NCBI GenBank assembly: GCA_040285855.1
Contig: JAUFOQ010000006.1
Coordinates: forward strand, 1,488,001 to 1,552,000
Reading direction: 5' to 3'
Origin: Eukaryota sp. GEM-RC1
Taxonomy: Eukaryota
DNA length: 64,000 bases
Shown here: positions 23,029 to 36,445 of the stretch, one piece after another
Layout of the letters: every line of letters starts with the position of its first letter
Position numbering within the stretch: the stretch's first letter is position 1
Translations under genes and position numbers: made by a program
Notes under the pieces: model-generated
What the model was told of the DNA's origin: nothing
The model's input: only the letters and a program-made list of their open reading frames with translations
Databases searched by the model: none

Positions 23029-23759
23029 ATACCAATGTACTTACACTGTACATCATTTCCGAAAGTGTTTGGAAAATCGATTACCATTAATAGTCTCACT
23101 GAGACTAAATGCGAAGTGTGACTAATTAATGTTGGTGTAGTAGTTTGTATTTGTCACTTAGAGTTGATCTGCAAAAATAAATGAATACATACTAATTCAG
23201 AAAATGAAAGAAGTTAAATTCTCCACATCAACACACGAATTATCCCTATACAACTTCGAATAAATGGAACTTAAATACCTTGGAATGCTTCTATTGTTAT
23301 TGTTGTCGAAAACAATAAATATTGGTTATTTCCATTTAGCTTCTATGTGTCAATAATGAGACAGTACAATGGAACAGCTCTAACACTTTTTATGAAACAT
23401 CAGATGTTCATCAGACTCGTCAACTTCCTAAAGGAGCTCAATGTATTGTGTAGTGAATACAACTCTGATTGAAGATTCTTCTTTGCAATGATGTCGATTG
23501 CACAATAGAATAGATTGAGTTTTCTTCATGTTAGGGAGCACAAATCGTGTCAAGTGATGGGCAGCAATTTCCTTATGTTCAGACATAGAAGAGGCTCCGA
23601 TACAATTGTATTGTTCTCGGCAATGTTACTGAGTATCAGTTTATTAGTTATTCTGATTACCGAAGTGTGCATAATTCGCATAGGCATAGGACCATTTGAA
23701 TAGTCAAAAATGAACTTTCTGGAGAAAAAAACACAAAAAATACAAAATTTTTTATACAA

Positions 23760-24010
23760 AGAAAAGAAGCGTAAGTTTAGAAAGGCTGAATGGAAAAACC
23801 GTATAGTGTTTTCCATATATCGGAGTATGCCTTTCTATTTCTCTAGATTAATTGAGAAATTGTACAAGTTTGGTGTGAAGGTTAATGTTGATAAACGTAA
23901 TCTTTTATCGGGTGGTGATGATGTCGTTTGGATTTAATCTTAGAGTTATTTGTTTGTTTTTACAATTTCATAGTTTTGTAGGAAGGTTACCTTATTGGGT
24001 GCCGAATAAA
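23760..24010 (+). mobile_element. Extreme 3' end of CRE-like retrotransposon (subfamily C)
   Basis: Near-identical to 58715-58965 (EWKNRIVFSIYR...; 3' UTR ending CCGAATAAA). Confidence 0.8.
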
Positions 24011-24044
24011 GTATATGTATACAAATACAAAAATTAAACTATTA

Positions 24045-24700
24045 AATTTAGGTTTATTCCCTAGTGGTTTGCTAAATAATTCAATCTGTGTTTGCGATAA
24101 CCGATCTACAGCCACATTTCGTCATGTTGTTAGTTGCAAGAAATTTTTGCAATTTCGATCTGTTCTACATAACGCTGTTCGTGACGTTACTTATGAAATG
24201 TTCAAATCCTACAATTATAGTTGTAAAATTGAACCTCTTCTGAAACATTATAGTGACAATAACGTGTTTGATTCTCGGCGTGGTGACTTAATTGCTCCTT
24301 TCCTGGATTCATCTCAAGTTGTGGTTGATTTTACTACAGTTGACCCGTTTGCAAAAGTCTACCAAGACTCCATATTGAATGATTCGAATGGTCATCTGGA
24401 AAAGGCTGAACAACGAAAGTGTTCAAATTATGCGGATGCTTTGCAGAAGCTTAATGAAAATCTATATTCTAAGTTTTCATTTGTTCCATTTGCCATTTCA
24501 ATTTTTGGTAATATTGGTCCAGCCGGTTTAAAGTTTTTCAGTGATTTTAGTCTTTTATGTCGTTCTAATGGCAAGGTGTTTTCGAATTATGTTCGCTCTT
24601 TACAGAAGCATTCCCAAGTATTTATGTTCCATTTATTCGAAGTTGTACAGGGACAATTCTCGTGTTGATGTGGAGAATTTAACTTCTTTCATTTTCTGAA
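24045..24700 (+). mobile_element. CRE-like non-LTR retrotransposon 3' fragment: zinc knuckle plus restriction-like endonuclease (subfamily B)
   Basis: CVC..RHVVSC, LHNAVRD, EP..RRGDL, VVDFTTVDP, AEQRK..Y, FVPFAISIFG. Confidence 0.8.
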
Positions 24701-26123
24701 TTAGTATGTATTAATTTATTGTTGCAAATAAACTCTTATAAAATTAAACTTAAAACGTATTTAAAAACTACACAAAAAACATAAATACAAAAAATACAAA
24801 AATTAAACTTAAAACGTATTTAAAAACTACACAAAAATACAAAAATACAAAAAAGTGTATTTTTCTATGGTTTCAACCAACAATAACTATACACAACATG
24901 CAGACAAAAGTACTAATAATAGAAACATGTTGATTAATGACCACATAAGTGGTCAACCTCGATCATGATGATTACACAAACTGATGTTTATGATAGGGTA
25001 ATATATTGAATCTGCCAGTATTTTTGTCAAAAGATGAGTTAATAGTAAGCCGGATTGGCCAGTTTTTCGGTCGGCCAAACCCAACTCATGGTCAGCCGAA
25101 TCGCTCCAACCAACTGACGCACTGTTTGAGCCAGCTAGCTAATAAGCAGGCTCAGCTGGCTTAAATCGGGCCGACCGTCAACCTTACCAAACAGTAACTT
25201 CCAATTCCACATTAACAATAAAATGTTAGGATAGTCTTAGAAAATACTACTAGCAAACTACTTACTAGTATGTACTGTTGAATGTTCACAGTAATTGGAA
25301 CGAAATATTTGAGTAAAAAGTATTGTTCAAAAGCGAAATTATTGCAATACAGTATTGTAATCCTCCAACATACATTATTGAAATTACTGCACTTTTGCTA
25401 TATACTTTTGACAGTCCCTGCTCTTGCTATAGCAATTGATTGTAAATTATTGAATTTCACTGATCTCTACAGCTCAAGTCAGTATCAGTTATTTGTGTAA
25501 AATAGTTCAATTTAAACTGGTTAGAATTGCACAGAGCAATAAAAGACCATCACTACGACTTAGAATCACAGATTTGGAAGGAGTACAATGGTTGAGTGAA
25601 TTCTGAATTTGGACATTCTTCTTTTTACTGAAAGGGCTCGACATCAATCTCGATGTCTTGAACCAACAATTGTTCCTGTGATACTCAAAAGAGATACATT
25701 AGGCAACACAATGTCTTTCAAAAGATTGATTCGATATGTCCCATATTCTTCTTCAGCAACTCTTAAACCGTGAGCTTACAATACCCGCTGCGAACCTTCA
25801 GTGTAAGAGTATAAGATGCAAGATATTCTCGATTCACTTACATTATCTAGTCTAGTCCTGATGTGCCCACTTTCATGCGATCTGTCATAGCGCTCAGTGA
25901 TGCTCATATCATGTTCCATAGTACCGATTTTTCTTAATCGTTGGATCCTCTGGTACATAGTATTGAGCTACTGACCCTTACTGTACTGTCAATCTCTACT
26001 CCATATCAGTTTTCTAACAGTTTACGCGCTAATTCCATTAGACATTCAAGTAGACTCGGAATTTTTTGGTCTGAACTTGTTTAGTGAAAAGTAATACACT
26101 GCCTGTTAGTGGTTGACACCTAG

Positions 26124-29100
26124 ATGTCGTCTCAAAACCACTCCGCCCAGTCTCTTGGGTTTGTCCTCACTGGAAACAAGTCCGTTCTCCTTTTCTCACT
26201 CCTTATCTTAGATACAAAAAAGCCATCTTCACCTTCTTTCAAGATCTCCAAAAGCTACCTCGTCACAACTTCCTCGTCGCACTACTCTTGGTTCTCGAGT
26301 TCATGCGTTTGTTTTGTAATACGTCTCATCACAGAAATAATAGCTCTTGTTATCAACCGCCATTTCCCTTACATTCACGAAGCTCTTGATACACGTCACT
26401 TCCTCCACTTCATTGCCTTCTCTGGTTACGACGATGCTTACTTCTCTGTCTTTTCTCACTCTGCCCTCTCCATCATTATTGTTGGTATTCCGATTCTTCT
26501 TGGTGCTTCCATGTGTCTTGGCGGGTATCTTGCCACGGAAAACCGCCAGTCTAAACTTCTCCTGTATTGTTTCATGGTTCTCCTTCAGTTCGTGTCCGCG
26601 GTCTTGTTTCTTCCCCTTACCATTACAGCTTTCTCTTGGTTCAACTGTTCCGACGACTCTCCTTACTTTTCAATCGCTGTTTCTTCTTGTTGGTCCGCGC
26701 AGTCAGTGTTACTCAAGACAGTTATGTTTCTCTCATGGTTGGCTCTGTCAAGTTTCGTTCTTTTACGTGAACTTGTCCTAGTTGATGTATCTCCTAATTC
26801 TAAGCGTGTTTTCAGTTGCTTGAACAGAGACTTTAAGGTTGTTATGCTGATAGTCAAAGTACTGTTAGCTTTTCTTTTAACTGTTTTCGATCATTTACCT
26901 TTGGTTTTTACTCTAACTTATCCCGTTTGTTGTGTTTTCCTTTGTTATTACGTTGTCAAGTGGATTCCTTTTTATAAGCGTAAAACTAATGAGTTTGTGG
27001 CCTTTATTTCTGCTTTTACTTCTACAGTTTCTGTTATTTGGCTTTTCATTTCCCTTGTTAATTTGCAGTATGTTCCATGGGTTATTACCTTGATTCTATA
27101 TTCCATACCAATTGCTGTTGGATTATTTGTCAAATCTTACGTCAAATTTAGATATTCATGTATTGCTTTCTTTTTTCCCCAAGCTCTTAGACTTCAAAAC
27201 ATCTCCCCTGATCAACCATTTGTTTATACTAAAAAGTTTCTCTGGTTTACTTTCTCAGTAGGAAGTACTATTTCTAAACCTTCAAGAACTGAAACTCTAG
27301 AACCCAGCTTCTCTGTTGATAAATTTGAGTTTGATGACGTTTCTTCTGGAGATGATCAGAGACCAGACGCAGTTCTATCTGATCTACTCGTTAATCACGT
27401 CACCAGTCCAATCAAGGGTGAGCTCTTTTCAAGATTTTTGATCTTTTATAATAATGAAATCACGCAACCAATTGGTCGTGAAATTATGGAATTTTGTGTT
27501 TCTACATGGCCAACTCATCCGGCTTCTCATTTATTAAAATGTGCTTTTGATATTGGAATTGTTAAAGATCCTATTTCAGCATTGTCATCTTGTGCTTCTG
27601 TTATCAACATGGAGTTGGAAATGCGATTTGATTTTACATATTTCATTTCTTTCTACAAGCAATTAGCTGAAAATTTAAGAAGAGAGCAATCAACTGGACA
27701 ATCATTGGACTCGTCATCATTTTTGATTCTGCAGCGGCGATTAAAGACTGCAGTCGACCTCCATCGTGATTGTCTTGATTATTTAGCTGCTTTTTGGTCT
27801 ATTCTACTCGCAAAGAGTCCGAATCTTGCTCTTTTACCTCAAATCACTGAGAAAATCTATGCTACTAAAAGTGAAGCTGAATCTTGTTTTAACAAACTCG
27901 TGAATGATCATCCTGGAGATAAGGAAGCTTTAATGGCATACTCTAACTTTGCGAAAGAAGTTTGCCTTGATGAAGAACTTTCCTTACAGTTACAAAATCA
28001 ACTTGAAATGGGTGCTTCCAGTGATGGTAGAAGTAGTACTGGTGATGCAGCTTCCTCCAGAGGAAGTCATGTTACAGGAAAGTCGTCTATCCAGAAGAGT
28101 AGACGTCGCAGAAAGAGAAAAAACAAAGAGCTTTCTCTTCGGTTTAACTAGTAGTAAGAATGGATCTGATAGCAATCAATCAGTTGCTCAAAAATTAAAA
28201 ATTTCCGTACATGTTTCCCTGGCAGTGTTATTAGTTCTATGCATTGTTTCTTATGTTTCAATTAGAGGAGGTTCTGAAGATCTTCGAAATCAATATTCAA
28301 TAATGTTTGAATCTGGACATTTTGCTTCATCTACTGAAGATCTTGCTGTTTCATCTCTCTTTCTTGCTAGTTCTCTTGATGGTAATCAGCTTCATCATTC
28401 TTCAGAAATCTTCAGAAATCGCGTGATTTCCGAATCTGAACATGCACTTTTCCATTTACGTCGTCTCTTAGTTGGAGCTCGAGTTTCTCCTAATGTTGGT
28501 GATTTTACTTGCGTCGGTGGCGTTCCTGTTGCTATTTCCGCTCTTTCAACTGACCAAACTCTACGTTTAGTTCGAGATCCTGTTATTCCAACAAGACAAG
28601 AGTCAGATGTTTTTCCTCCAGTTCCTCAAATTGTTCTAGTTTCACTTACTCAGCTTGGAATGGACTATTGTAGAAAAGCTTTTGAATATGCTCGTAATAC
28701 TTCTGATATTTCCAGAGGACCATCAATTCTCTCATTTCTTATATCTAATAGAGGTGTAATTACTGATGGTAGTATTCGCTTATTAGATGCTGTTAAGAAT
28801 GAATCTGAAGATGCCGTTTATTCAACTATTGTTATTGATGTTTTAGCTGTTGTACTTAACATGGCGCTTATATTCTTAATGGCAAAGTTTTTGTTTGGAA
28901 AAACTGTCAAGGAAATTGCTCTTCGTCAGTTGGAAATATTTAATCTTTTTCTTTTGTTCCAAAGAAAAGCATTCATGATATGCTCAATGACTCTAAGTTT
29001 TCAGATACTGTGGTAATGAAACAACCACAGACCTTTAACGTGGAAGAGACGTTAGAAAAGGAATCAGATGACGATAGTCCTACCGAAACTGATGACGTTG

Positions 29101-31560
29101 TTAATCTTTCTGAAGTTGAAAAACCTGAAAATCATACCCCGGATTCTGGACCTACAGCCTCAATCAGTGCATCTTCTAGTGTATTCTTTTTGGTTTTTGG
29201 TTTATTAATCGTTTCTGTGCTTGTACTAGGCGGGGGATTGTTTCTATTGAATTCAATCAACGATGACGTTTCTCAAATGAATGATCGAAGTAACGAAGTT
29301 GTTGAAATTATTGACAATTCGAACGCTCTTTTCGATCACGTTACCAGAACTTCAACGATTCTTCTCTCTTTTGCCTCTACAGGAAACCTCAAGTTTTACC
29401 ACGAATACATCTCTGCAAGACAATCTACAATTAGAGATGATGCCATTTCAGCTTTGCGTAGAATTGAAATGCCCACTGAATCTCTCCGCCTTTTAAGTGA
29501 AAATACTAGAGTCAATGCTCGAGTTCGATATATTGAATTAATAGCTCTAAAACTCACCCAGTTGGCTTATAATCTATCTGACTATGACGTTCCCGAAGTT
29601 GCTGGATTTACTTATGACATTACTCAAGAAACTTCTTTTGTTGTTGACGATGTCAATTACAGGGAGTTAGGTATTTGGTATTCTTCTCTTGAAAAGGATT
29701 CTCAAAAACCTCGTGAAGAACTTGTGTTACTTGCAAGACACGTTGTCTCTAACAGAAGATTCTATGTCATTAACAGTCAACGATTGGATTCTTTAAGGCA
29801 GTTTTCTACAAATATTTTAAATACTTTTGATAGAAGATCTCGGGAAATTTTTGAAGAAGGAGATTTATTCTCAGATGTTCTAGTTTTTGTACCGATTGCC
29901 GTTGCATTTTTTGTTCTCGTCATTATTGGACTATCATTTTTACTTCGCAAGTCTCATGTTTCTTCAAAAAATTTTATTATGTTTTTAGTTTTGATGGGCG
30001 TTCTATTTGTTCTTTGCTTAATTGTATTTCTTTCTTCTATAATTATAGATCGTGAGTATAATTCCTACAATCAAGGTCGAGAGCAATTGGTAGAGCTCAC
30101 GCGAAACCTATCAGATCTGAGTGAATCTCAAGAAGAATTTAAAGCTTATTCATTATCTTTTGTTCAAAATGGAGATTTAAACTATTACAACCACCACATC
30201 GGTCTAACTGGTTTTGTTCATCGAGTTTCTGATTCTGTTGATTCTATAATTAATCTAGACCATCCTCAAGTTTCTCCATTTGCTACTCAAATCTCTGCAC
30301 GATTACCTAATCTTACAAAAGTCCATTCTAGCTTTGAGAGAAGTAGAATTAATTGCAATGACTATTGCAGCACGAGGTTACCAAATACCTGAAGTTCTTG
30401 TTCCAATGGATAGAACATGGAACCTTTCTCAACAGGACAATTATCACGAGTTGATTACTAATTTTGGATATTTTGATTGGAGTACCTTCTACTCTGATGA
30501 CGTCAGTGATCTTAATTTAAATTTTGATGAACAACGGCTTCTTGCTAGATCTATATTGACTTCTCCTGTTTATCTTGAGTTAGAAGAGATTCGAGATGAT
30601 TTATTCAGTGATTTATTTGATTTCTTTTCTTCAGAAAGTTCAACTGTGTATTCTGATTTGAGATCGTCTTTTCAGTTCCTTTTTTCCTTTGTCTTTCAGC
30701 TGTGGTAGTCACTGCACTGGTAATCTTGTTTTCCATTTACCAGCTCTATGAAACCTTCTACTCTAAGAGAAAACAAGCATCACATGTTCGACAGGTAATT
30801 AAATTTGAAAATGCAATCAGCATTACTCGTAATTATACTATTTCTTTATTAATCTTAGCTGCTGGAGTTTTAAGTTTCTATGTGTTTGCTTCAACTACCA
30901 CACTTCAGTCTATTCCAAGACTACATAGTATTCATTTAGCTTCATCCAGACTTTTTACTTGCAAAGGGACTTTACAGCTCTACTACTTTACTAGTAGATT
31001 CTGAAGATCCAGCAAGTCAATCTTTAATTGTTCTCCGAGATGCTGAACAATTGTTGCAAGTTCATTATAGACTTTTGTTTGGAGATTCCAACACCAGAGG
31101 AAGTATTGGAACACATCAAGATCAAGATTCTCTTTTGTTTTCTACTGGTTTCACTTCTAACACCACCTTATTTGAGTCTGGATTACACGTCAACTTAGCT
31201 GGTTTTGTTGATACTGCTTCTAGACTTGCTACTAAGCAGACTGCAGTTCTCCCTAATGATCCTGATTTCCTCCAATTCTTAAGGGAAGGTGACGTGTTGA
31301 TGACTTTGCTGTATGAATCTCTTGAGGTTTTTAGAGATACTGCGTTGTTTTCCAATGCCACCACTGCTAATATTATTCTTTTCATGTTTGTCGTCTTGCT
31401 ACTTTTATTAGCAAGTGAATATCTATTTGTATTTAGAAGAATGGTTTCAAAGTTAACAGATGGTGAAGAGACTATCTTTTTAGTTTTGTCGATGTTAAAT
31501 AGGGATGTTGTTGAAGGTGTTGAACTGATTGCACGTTATTTAGATGCAGTTGGTTTGTAG
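26124..31560 (+). CDS. TmcB/C-like multi-pass membrane protein; copy 2, inverted paralog of 13331-18764 with about five frameshifts
   Basis: Same start MSSQNHSAQSLGF and end ARYLDAVGL; ORF pieces 26124..28151, 27949..29016, 28980..30392, 30280..30708, 30702..31004 and 31051..31560. Confidence 0.7.
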
Positions 31561-31939
31561 TTTAGAATTTTAGCCATCTACTAGTAGAACAAATCTTTTA
31601 ATTAATAATAATTTAGGGAAGCTTATGGATGGTCACATACTGTCTTGACCATAGATTTTCTTACACTTATCATCGTTCTGTATTAATATATTATCACTAT
31701 TTGCTTTGATTTTATTCGAAAAATAGTGAAAGATCTGACAAAGAGTATGACAGGAAAGTTCAGACAGGGTAGACTCTAATCACCAAATTGACTTTTGGTT
31801 CATTTATTAGACTAAAATACTGATCAGACTAAAAACCGAAAGATGACTGCATTTATACATTAATCCCGGAATTTTAATTTCTATGGTACAAAATCAACAA
31901 AGACACTTCTAGTTTGAGTTCTATTACATGTACAGCATA

Positions 31940-32580
31940 CTTGTAAAATACACGAGTTTTCATTTGAAAAATACAAAAATACAGAAAATACAGAAATACA
32001 TAAAATACATAAAATACAAAGTAAAATACAAACATCCACGTCAGACAATCTTTATCTCCACGACTCAACGTTAACGGTACAGTAGTAGATTGTTGACAAC
32101 GTTTGCGTTTTCCTGCAGTTGGTATCCAACATTAGTACATCGTCATGGATCTCCACTAACTCACCAATTCCATCGTCTTCAACTTGTACAACTTCCTGAT
32201 TCTCTTGTTCAACATCAGGAAATTCATAAAATAGGTATAGGGTGGACTGATGGTATAGATTGGGGAAGAGAAGTCATGAAGGAGGGTCTGGTTGAAATTA
32301 TATGTTGAACTTTTTTGTTTCATTAGTTCGTCATCTATTCTGGATTTGACTCTGTGAAATGCAATCAGTTCATAAACAAACGATCTCCCAAACCAAAAAA
32401 GTACGACTATCTCTATCTAATCGACTCATTTTACATCAAATCTGTGCTAAAAAAGCACTTGGAATGTGTGTTTGAAAAATACTCTAAAATACAGTTTGTA
32501 TTTTAAAACTCACTTTTGAAAAATACATAAAATACATGAAATACAAAATACATAAAATACAGAAATCTGTATTTTACAAG
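31940..32580. mobile_element. MITE-like element, copy 2
   Basis: Perfect TIR CTTGTAAAATACA/TGTATTTTACAAG flanked by TA; interior near-identical to 19578-20203. Confidence 0.88.
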
Positions 32581-32962
32581 TATTACATTGTACAGTATAT
32601 ACTAGTACATATATACCAAGTTTTTTAAAACGAAGTTACAACTGTAGACCTGTTGATCATCGGAAAGCCAGATTCAGTTCCAGCAGTAATAGCTGCATCA
32701 TATCCAAACGTGAACTTTACAATACTTCTCTTTGTTCATCATCTTTGTTTCGTTAGTTTGGAAATTAGGTTATGAATTGGTGAACAGTGTAGTTGCTAGT
32801 ACATATTCTTAGTTTGTTTTTGCAAATCTGTTTTAATAAACTTCCTAACAAGTCATCAATGACCAAAGATGATATAAAGATGGCCACAAAGCAGTATGAT
32901 CAGTGTTTTAACTATTATTGTCACTTTAAAAGAGTTTAATAATTAATATTCCTTATTTTCTA

Positions 32963-33686
32963 GACCTTATGGTCTTCATCTCAATAATGAGGCTTGGAAA
33001 CTTAACGTGCGTCTTATCTTAGGTCTGTTTTCATCTGAATTGTTAGCCAATACTATGTGTTGTTGTGAAAAGACACCAAAAGCTGATATCAGACACATTG
33101 TTAGTTGCAAAAATTTCTTCAGTTTAGATCGATTTTACACAATGCTTTTCGTGACGTTACGTATGAAATGTTTAAATGTCATGGGTTTAATGGGAAAATC
33201 GAACCTCTTCTTAGGCATTATATTGATGATAATATTACCAATTCTCGAGGTGGTGACCTCATTGTTCCATATCTTGATTCTTGTCAAGCTGTGATAGATT
33301 TTACTGCTGTTGATCCATGTGCAAAAATATATTTGAAATCAGTTTCGAGTGACACTGAAAATCATTTATCAAAAGCTGAAAAAGAAAGATTAGTACACAT
33401 TCTGACACAATGATCAAACTGAATTCCAATTTGTATTCTTCTTTTAAGTTCATTCTTTTGCTCTTTCAATTCTTGGTAACATTGGAATTGCTGCTGAAAA
33501 TTTCTTTGATGCCTTTTCAAAGTTGTGCCGCGACCATAGGAAAAATTTTAATCAGTCTCTTTTGCGCAATCGCATTGTTTTTTCCGTATATAGAAGTTTC
33601 CCAAAGTATTTGAATCGTATTCTGGACAAATTGCATCGTAGTAGTTCAAGGGTAGATGTGGATCATTTAATATCTTTTAAGTACTA
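32963..33686 (+). mobile_element. CRE-like non-LTR retrotransposon 3' fragment (subfamily A), frameshifted
   Basis: WKLNVRLILG, CCC..RHIVSC, LHNAFRD, IEP..RGGDL, IDFTAVDP, AEK. Confidence 0.8.
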
Positions 33687-33886
33687 CTGTCAGGCACCAA
33701 TTAGTGACCCCACCTCCTAATAGTGACCCCCTCCTAATAGTGCCCCACTTTAGGGGTGGGGCTATAATTCTAGTGCCCCAGTTTTGATCAAGATTACACA
33801 ACTGGGTGATAAATACAGTCTTAGGTAAATAAAACAATATACGATTAGATTTAGATTTAATAGTGTGTGGTTGAACACCTATTGAA

Positions 33887-34580
33887 TAGGGATGTCAAAT
33901 GACGCAACGCAACTTGACGTCACGTCGACGTGCATTACTTACAAGTCACGTCACGTCGACTTGAAATCACCAAGTCATGACGCGTCGTGACGCGTTGTGA
34001 AACAATAGGTGTCCGTCCTTTAAGCACATGTATTTCGGTTATCAATATCCCCTAATCGTCCTATTGTCATTATCAATCTTAAATAAAGTCTTTATAGAAC
34101 AGCAAACAAATAAAAACCAATAGAACTATCACCACCGCTATAACTTAAATCTATACCATGACTGCAGACATAGTAAGCCCTCTATAATGTCATCATTTAG
34201 CCGTGAACGGTTTGATGTAACCATCAAACCTGCTTGGGAAAAAAGTTGTTCAGCAGGAACTGAAGTGTCCTGGATACAAAAGAAATCCCGAGCAATTTTT
34301 GATAATGTTGGAAATCTTCTTGAATTCGACTTCCAGTAGTCAAGAGCGCTTTGGAGCAAGGAACAGAGTCTTTTGGAGGAATCTTCGTCGACCCATGGAT
34401 ACAGTGTAGGAAGAAAAGTGTGTACACTATCTTTAATTCTAGTTCAATACAATATTATTTATACTAAAAGCGTTGCGACTCGTTGCGACGTGACGTCACG
34501 CGACGTCACGCAACGCGACGTCACGTCGACGTGGAATGTTCAAGTCGTGACGCGTCATGACGCGTCATCTGACAACCCTA
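33887..34580 (-). mobile_element. Non-autonomous hAT element nested in the pogo element
   Basis: TIR TAGGG(A/T)TGTCA(A/G)ATGACGC; 8-bp TSD CTATTGAA at 33879-33886 and 34581-34588; ORF 34138..34359 LDYWK...FPTLSKIARDFFCIQDTSVPAEQLFS is the hAT dimerisation domain. Confidence 0.95.
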
Positions 34581-34666
34581 CTATTGAACCATCTTTCTCA
34601 TATATCCTCTTCTTTTACACTTAACGCACATTGAGCACTCTTCTATCTTGTTGTTGAAACCTTCAT

Positions 34667-35911
34667 ATGCTCCGCTGATCATCTCTTGAACAATCTCCTA
34701 GCTCAAAACGACTCAAAATTACAAATGCTCAATAGCTCACAATTCTTTCCGAGCTTAATCAACCTGGAGTTACTGTATCATCAACAGCCAAAAAATATGG
34801 ATTGGACAGAAAGCAGCTTCGCCAATGGAGGCAGCAAGAAGTAAACATCCGAAACTCCGACCCAAAAGGCTTTAGAATTTCCGGTGGCGGACGTAAACTT
34901 ACCTCTGAAGAGCATGAACAGAAGGTTATTGAACAATTCATCCATTTGCGAGCTGAAAACAAGGCAGTTTCAGCAACCAGATTGATAGAAATTGGTCAGC
35001 ACTTTGCACAGCAACTAGAAGTGCCTCTTGAGTGTACAAAAGGATGGTTGAGGAGGTTTTTGGACCGCAATTTTCTCAAGTTGAGAGCAGTAACGTCAAA
35101 AATCAGCCATGACCCTATAGAACTGGCTTATAGGGCTACTGAATTCATTAAGTACGTTCGTCACATAATTATAGTGAAAAACATCACTCCTGGTGGTATT
35201 TGGAACTGTGCTGAAACTGCCATATTTTGTGAACCAAATGAATCAAGAACAATTGATTTTATTGACCAAAAGATTGTTGTTGTTAAGTCTGCAGGTCTCG
35301 CAAAGGTACGTTTGACCGGAATCGTTATGGCTAACGCTCTAGGAGTGAAAAAAACTCCTGTCATTATAGCACAAGGATCAGGAAACACAACCAATAGAGA
35401 AGAAGGCTGCTTTATCTTGAAAAGAGAATCATCTGGGATGAATGGAGATTTATTCATCAAATATCTGCAGCTAATGTTTCCATTGACCAGTAAGGCTGCT
35501 GCCAGCAGAATGCTATTGATATTTGATTCAGCTCCTGCCCATCGAAGTAAGAAGGTCAAGGCTTATCTCAAGGAAAGGGGGTTCAACTATGTTTTGATTC
35601 CCGGTGGCTTAACTGGATTATTACAGCCAGCAGACGTCAGTTGGTTCAAACCTATGAAAGCAACTATCAGGAATTGTATTGAAGAATGGTTGAAAACTGC
35701 ACCTGTAACGACCTCCAATCGAGTTAGAGCTCCTTTGGCTAACGATATGGCAAAATGGATGAAAGAGTCATTGGACAAGTTAAAGAGTGAAGTAATATCA
35801 AAATCTTTTCAAGCGTCTTTTCTAGGACCTTCGCAGACCTTATTGATTTCTCGCCATCCATCAATCCGTCCTCACTTAGATATCAATAGTTTCGATGCAT
35901 TATTACCTTAA
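34667..35911 (+). pseudogene. pogo DDE transposase, probably inactive
   Basis: HTH (TAKKYGLDRKQLRQW), GGGRK, CENP-B-like HTH (GWLRRFLDR), LIFDSAPAH, LQPADVSWFKPMK. The first catalytic Asp is replaced (WNCAET), and there are two in-frame stops upstream of 34802. Confidence 0.85.
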
Positions 35912-36445
35912 TCATCAAGTGATGAGGAGGAAGTAATCGATTTGGATTCACCGTCTGATGACGACATCGATGACCTTCTTCAACTCAACAATTCATTGAA
36001 CTTGGAGATGGATATTGATGTTGTTGCAGTCTTTGACTAGAGTTATAATGTAATATAAAGTTGTTTTATAGGTCATTTATGAACAAAGCCAAAAGGATCC
36101 TAATAGTGACCCCCCTCCTAATAGTGACCCAGTTTGGGGGTGGGGCTATAATTTAGTGACCCGGGGTACTATTTGGCGCCTGACAGTACAATGTAGTTGT
36201 TTGCATAAACAGTTTTATACTTCAAAAAATATTCCTTCAGTATAAGTATCATATATGTATCATACCACATGTTGCATCAATGTCATTGTTGGAATAACAA
36301 CACGTGATAACACGCCATAACCACACGGCCATAACCAGAAAACGCCATGGGCCTATGGACTCATGGCACGCATGGCAGTTATGGCGTTCATGGGACAACA
36401 CTGTTCAAAATTAAACAGCGATATTCTCCATCTGTTTGTTTTCAG

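Larger units (their letters stand above)
33687..36186 (+). mobile_element. pogo-family (Tc1/mariner superfamily) DNA transposon
   Basis: TIR CTGTCAGGC(A/G)CCAA(T/A)TAGT at both ends, TA TSD at 33685-33686 and 36187-36188, subterminal TAATAGTGACCCC repeats. Confidence 0.93.

Noticed and set aside
25040..25190. GC-richer patch with CGGTCGGCC/GGCCGACCG inverted motif
   Set aside because: Possibly a transposon end, but I could not define a TIR pair or TSD.
34667..34801. Stop-codon reassignment suggested by in-frame TGA/TAG in the pogo and Fanzor ORFs
   Set aside because: The in-frame stops I found are in decayed mobile elements. Host genes end in TAA, TAG or TGA and are broken by indels rather than internal stops.
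36347..36445. N-terminal 33 aa of ORF 36347..38104
   Set aside because: It overlaps a CCATAAC/GTTATGG repeat patch; ALG9 similarity fits a start at 36446.
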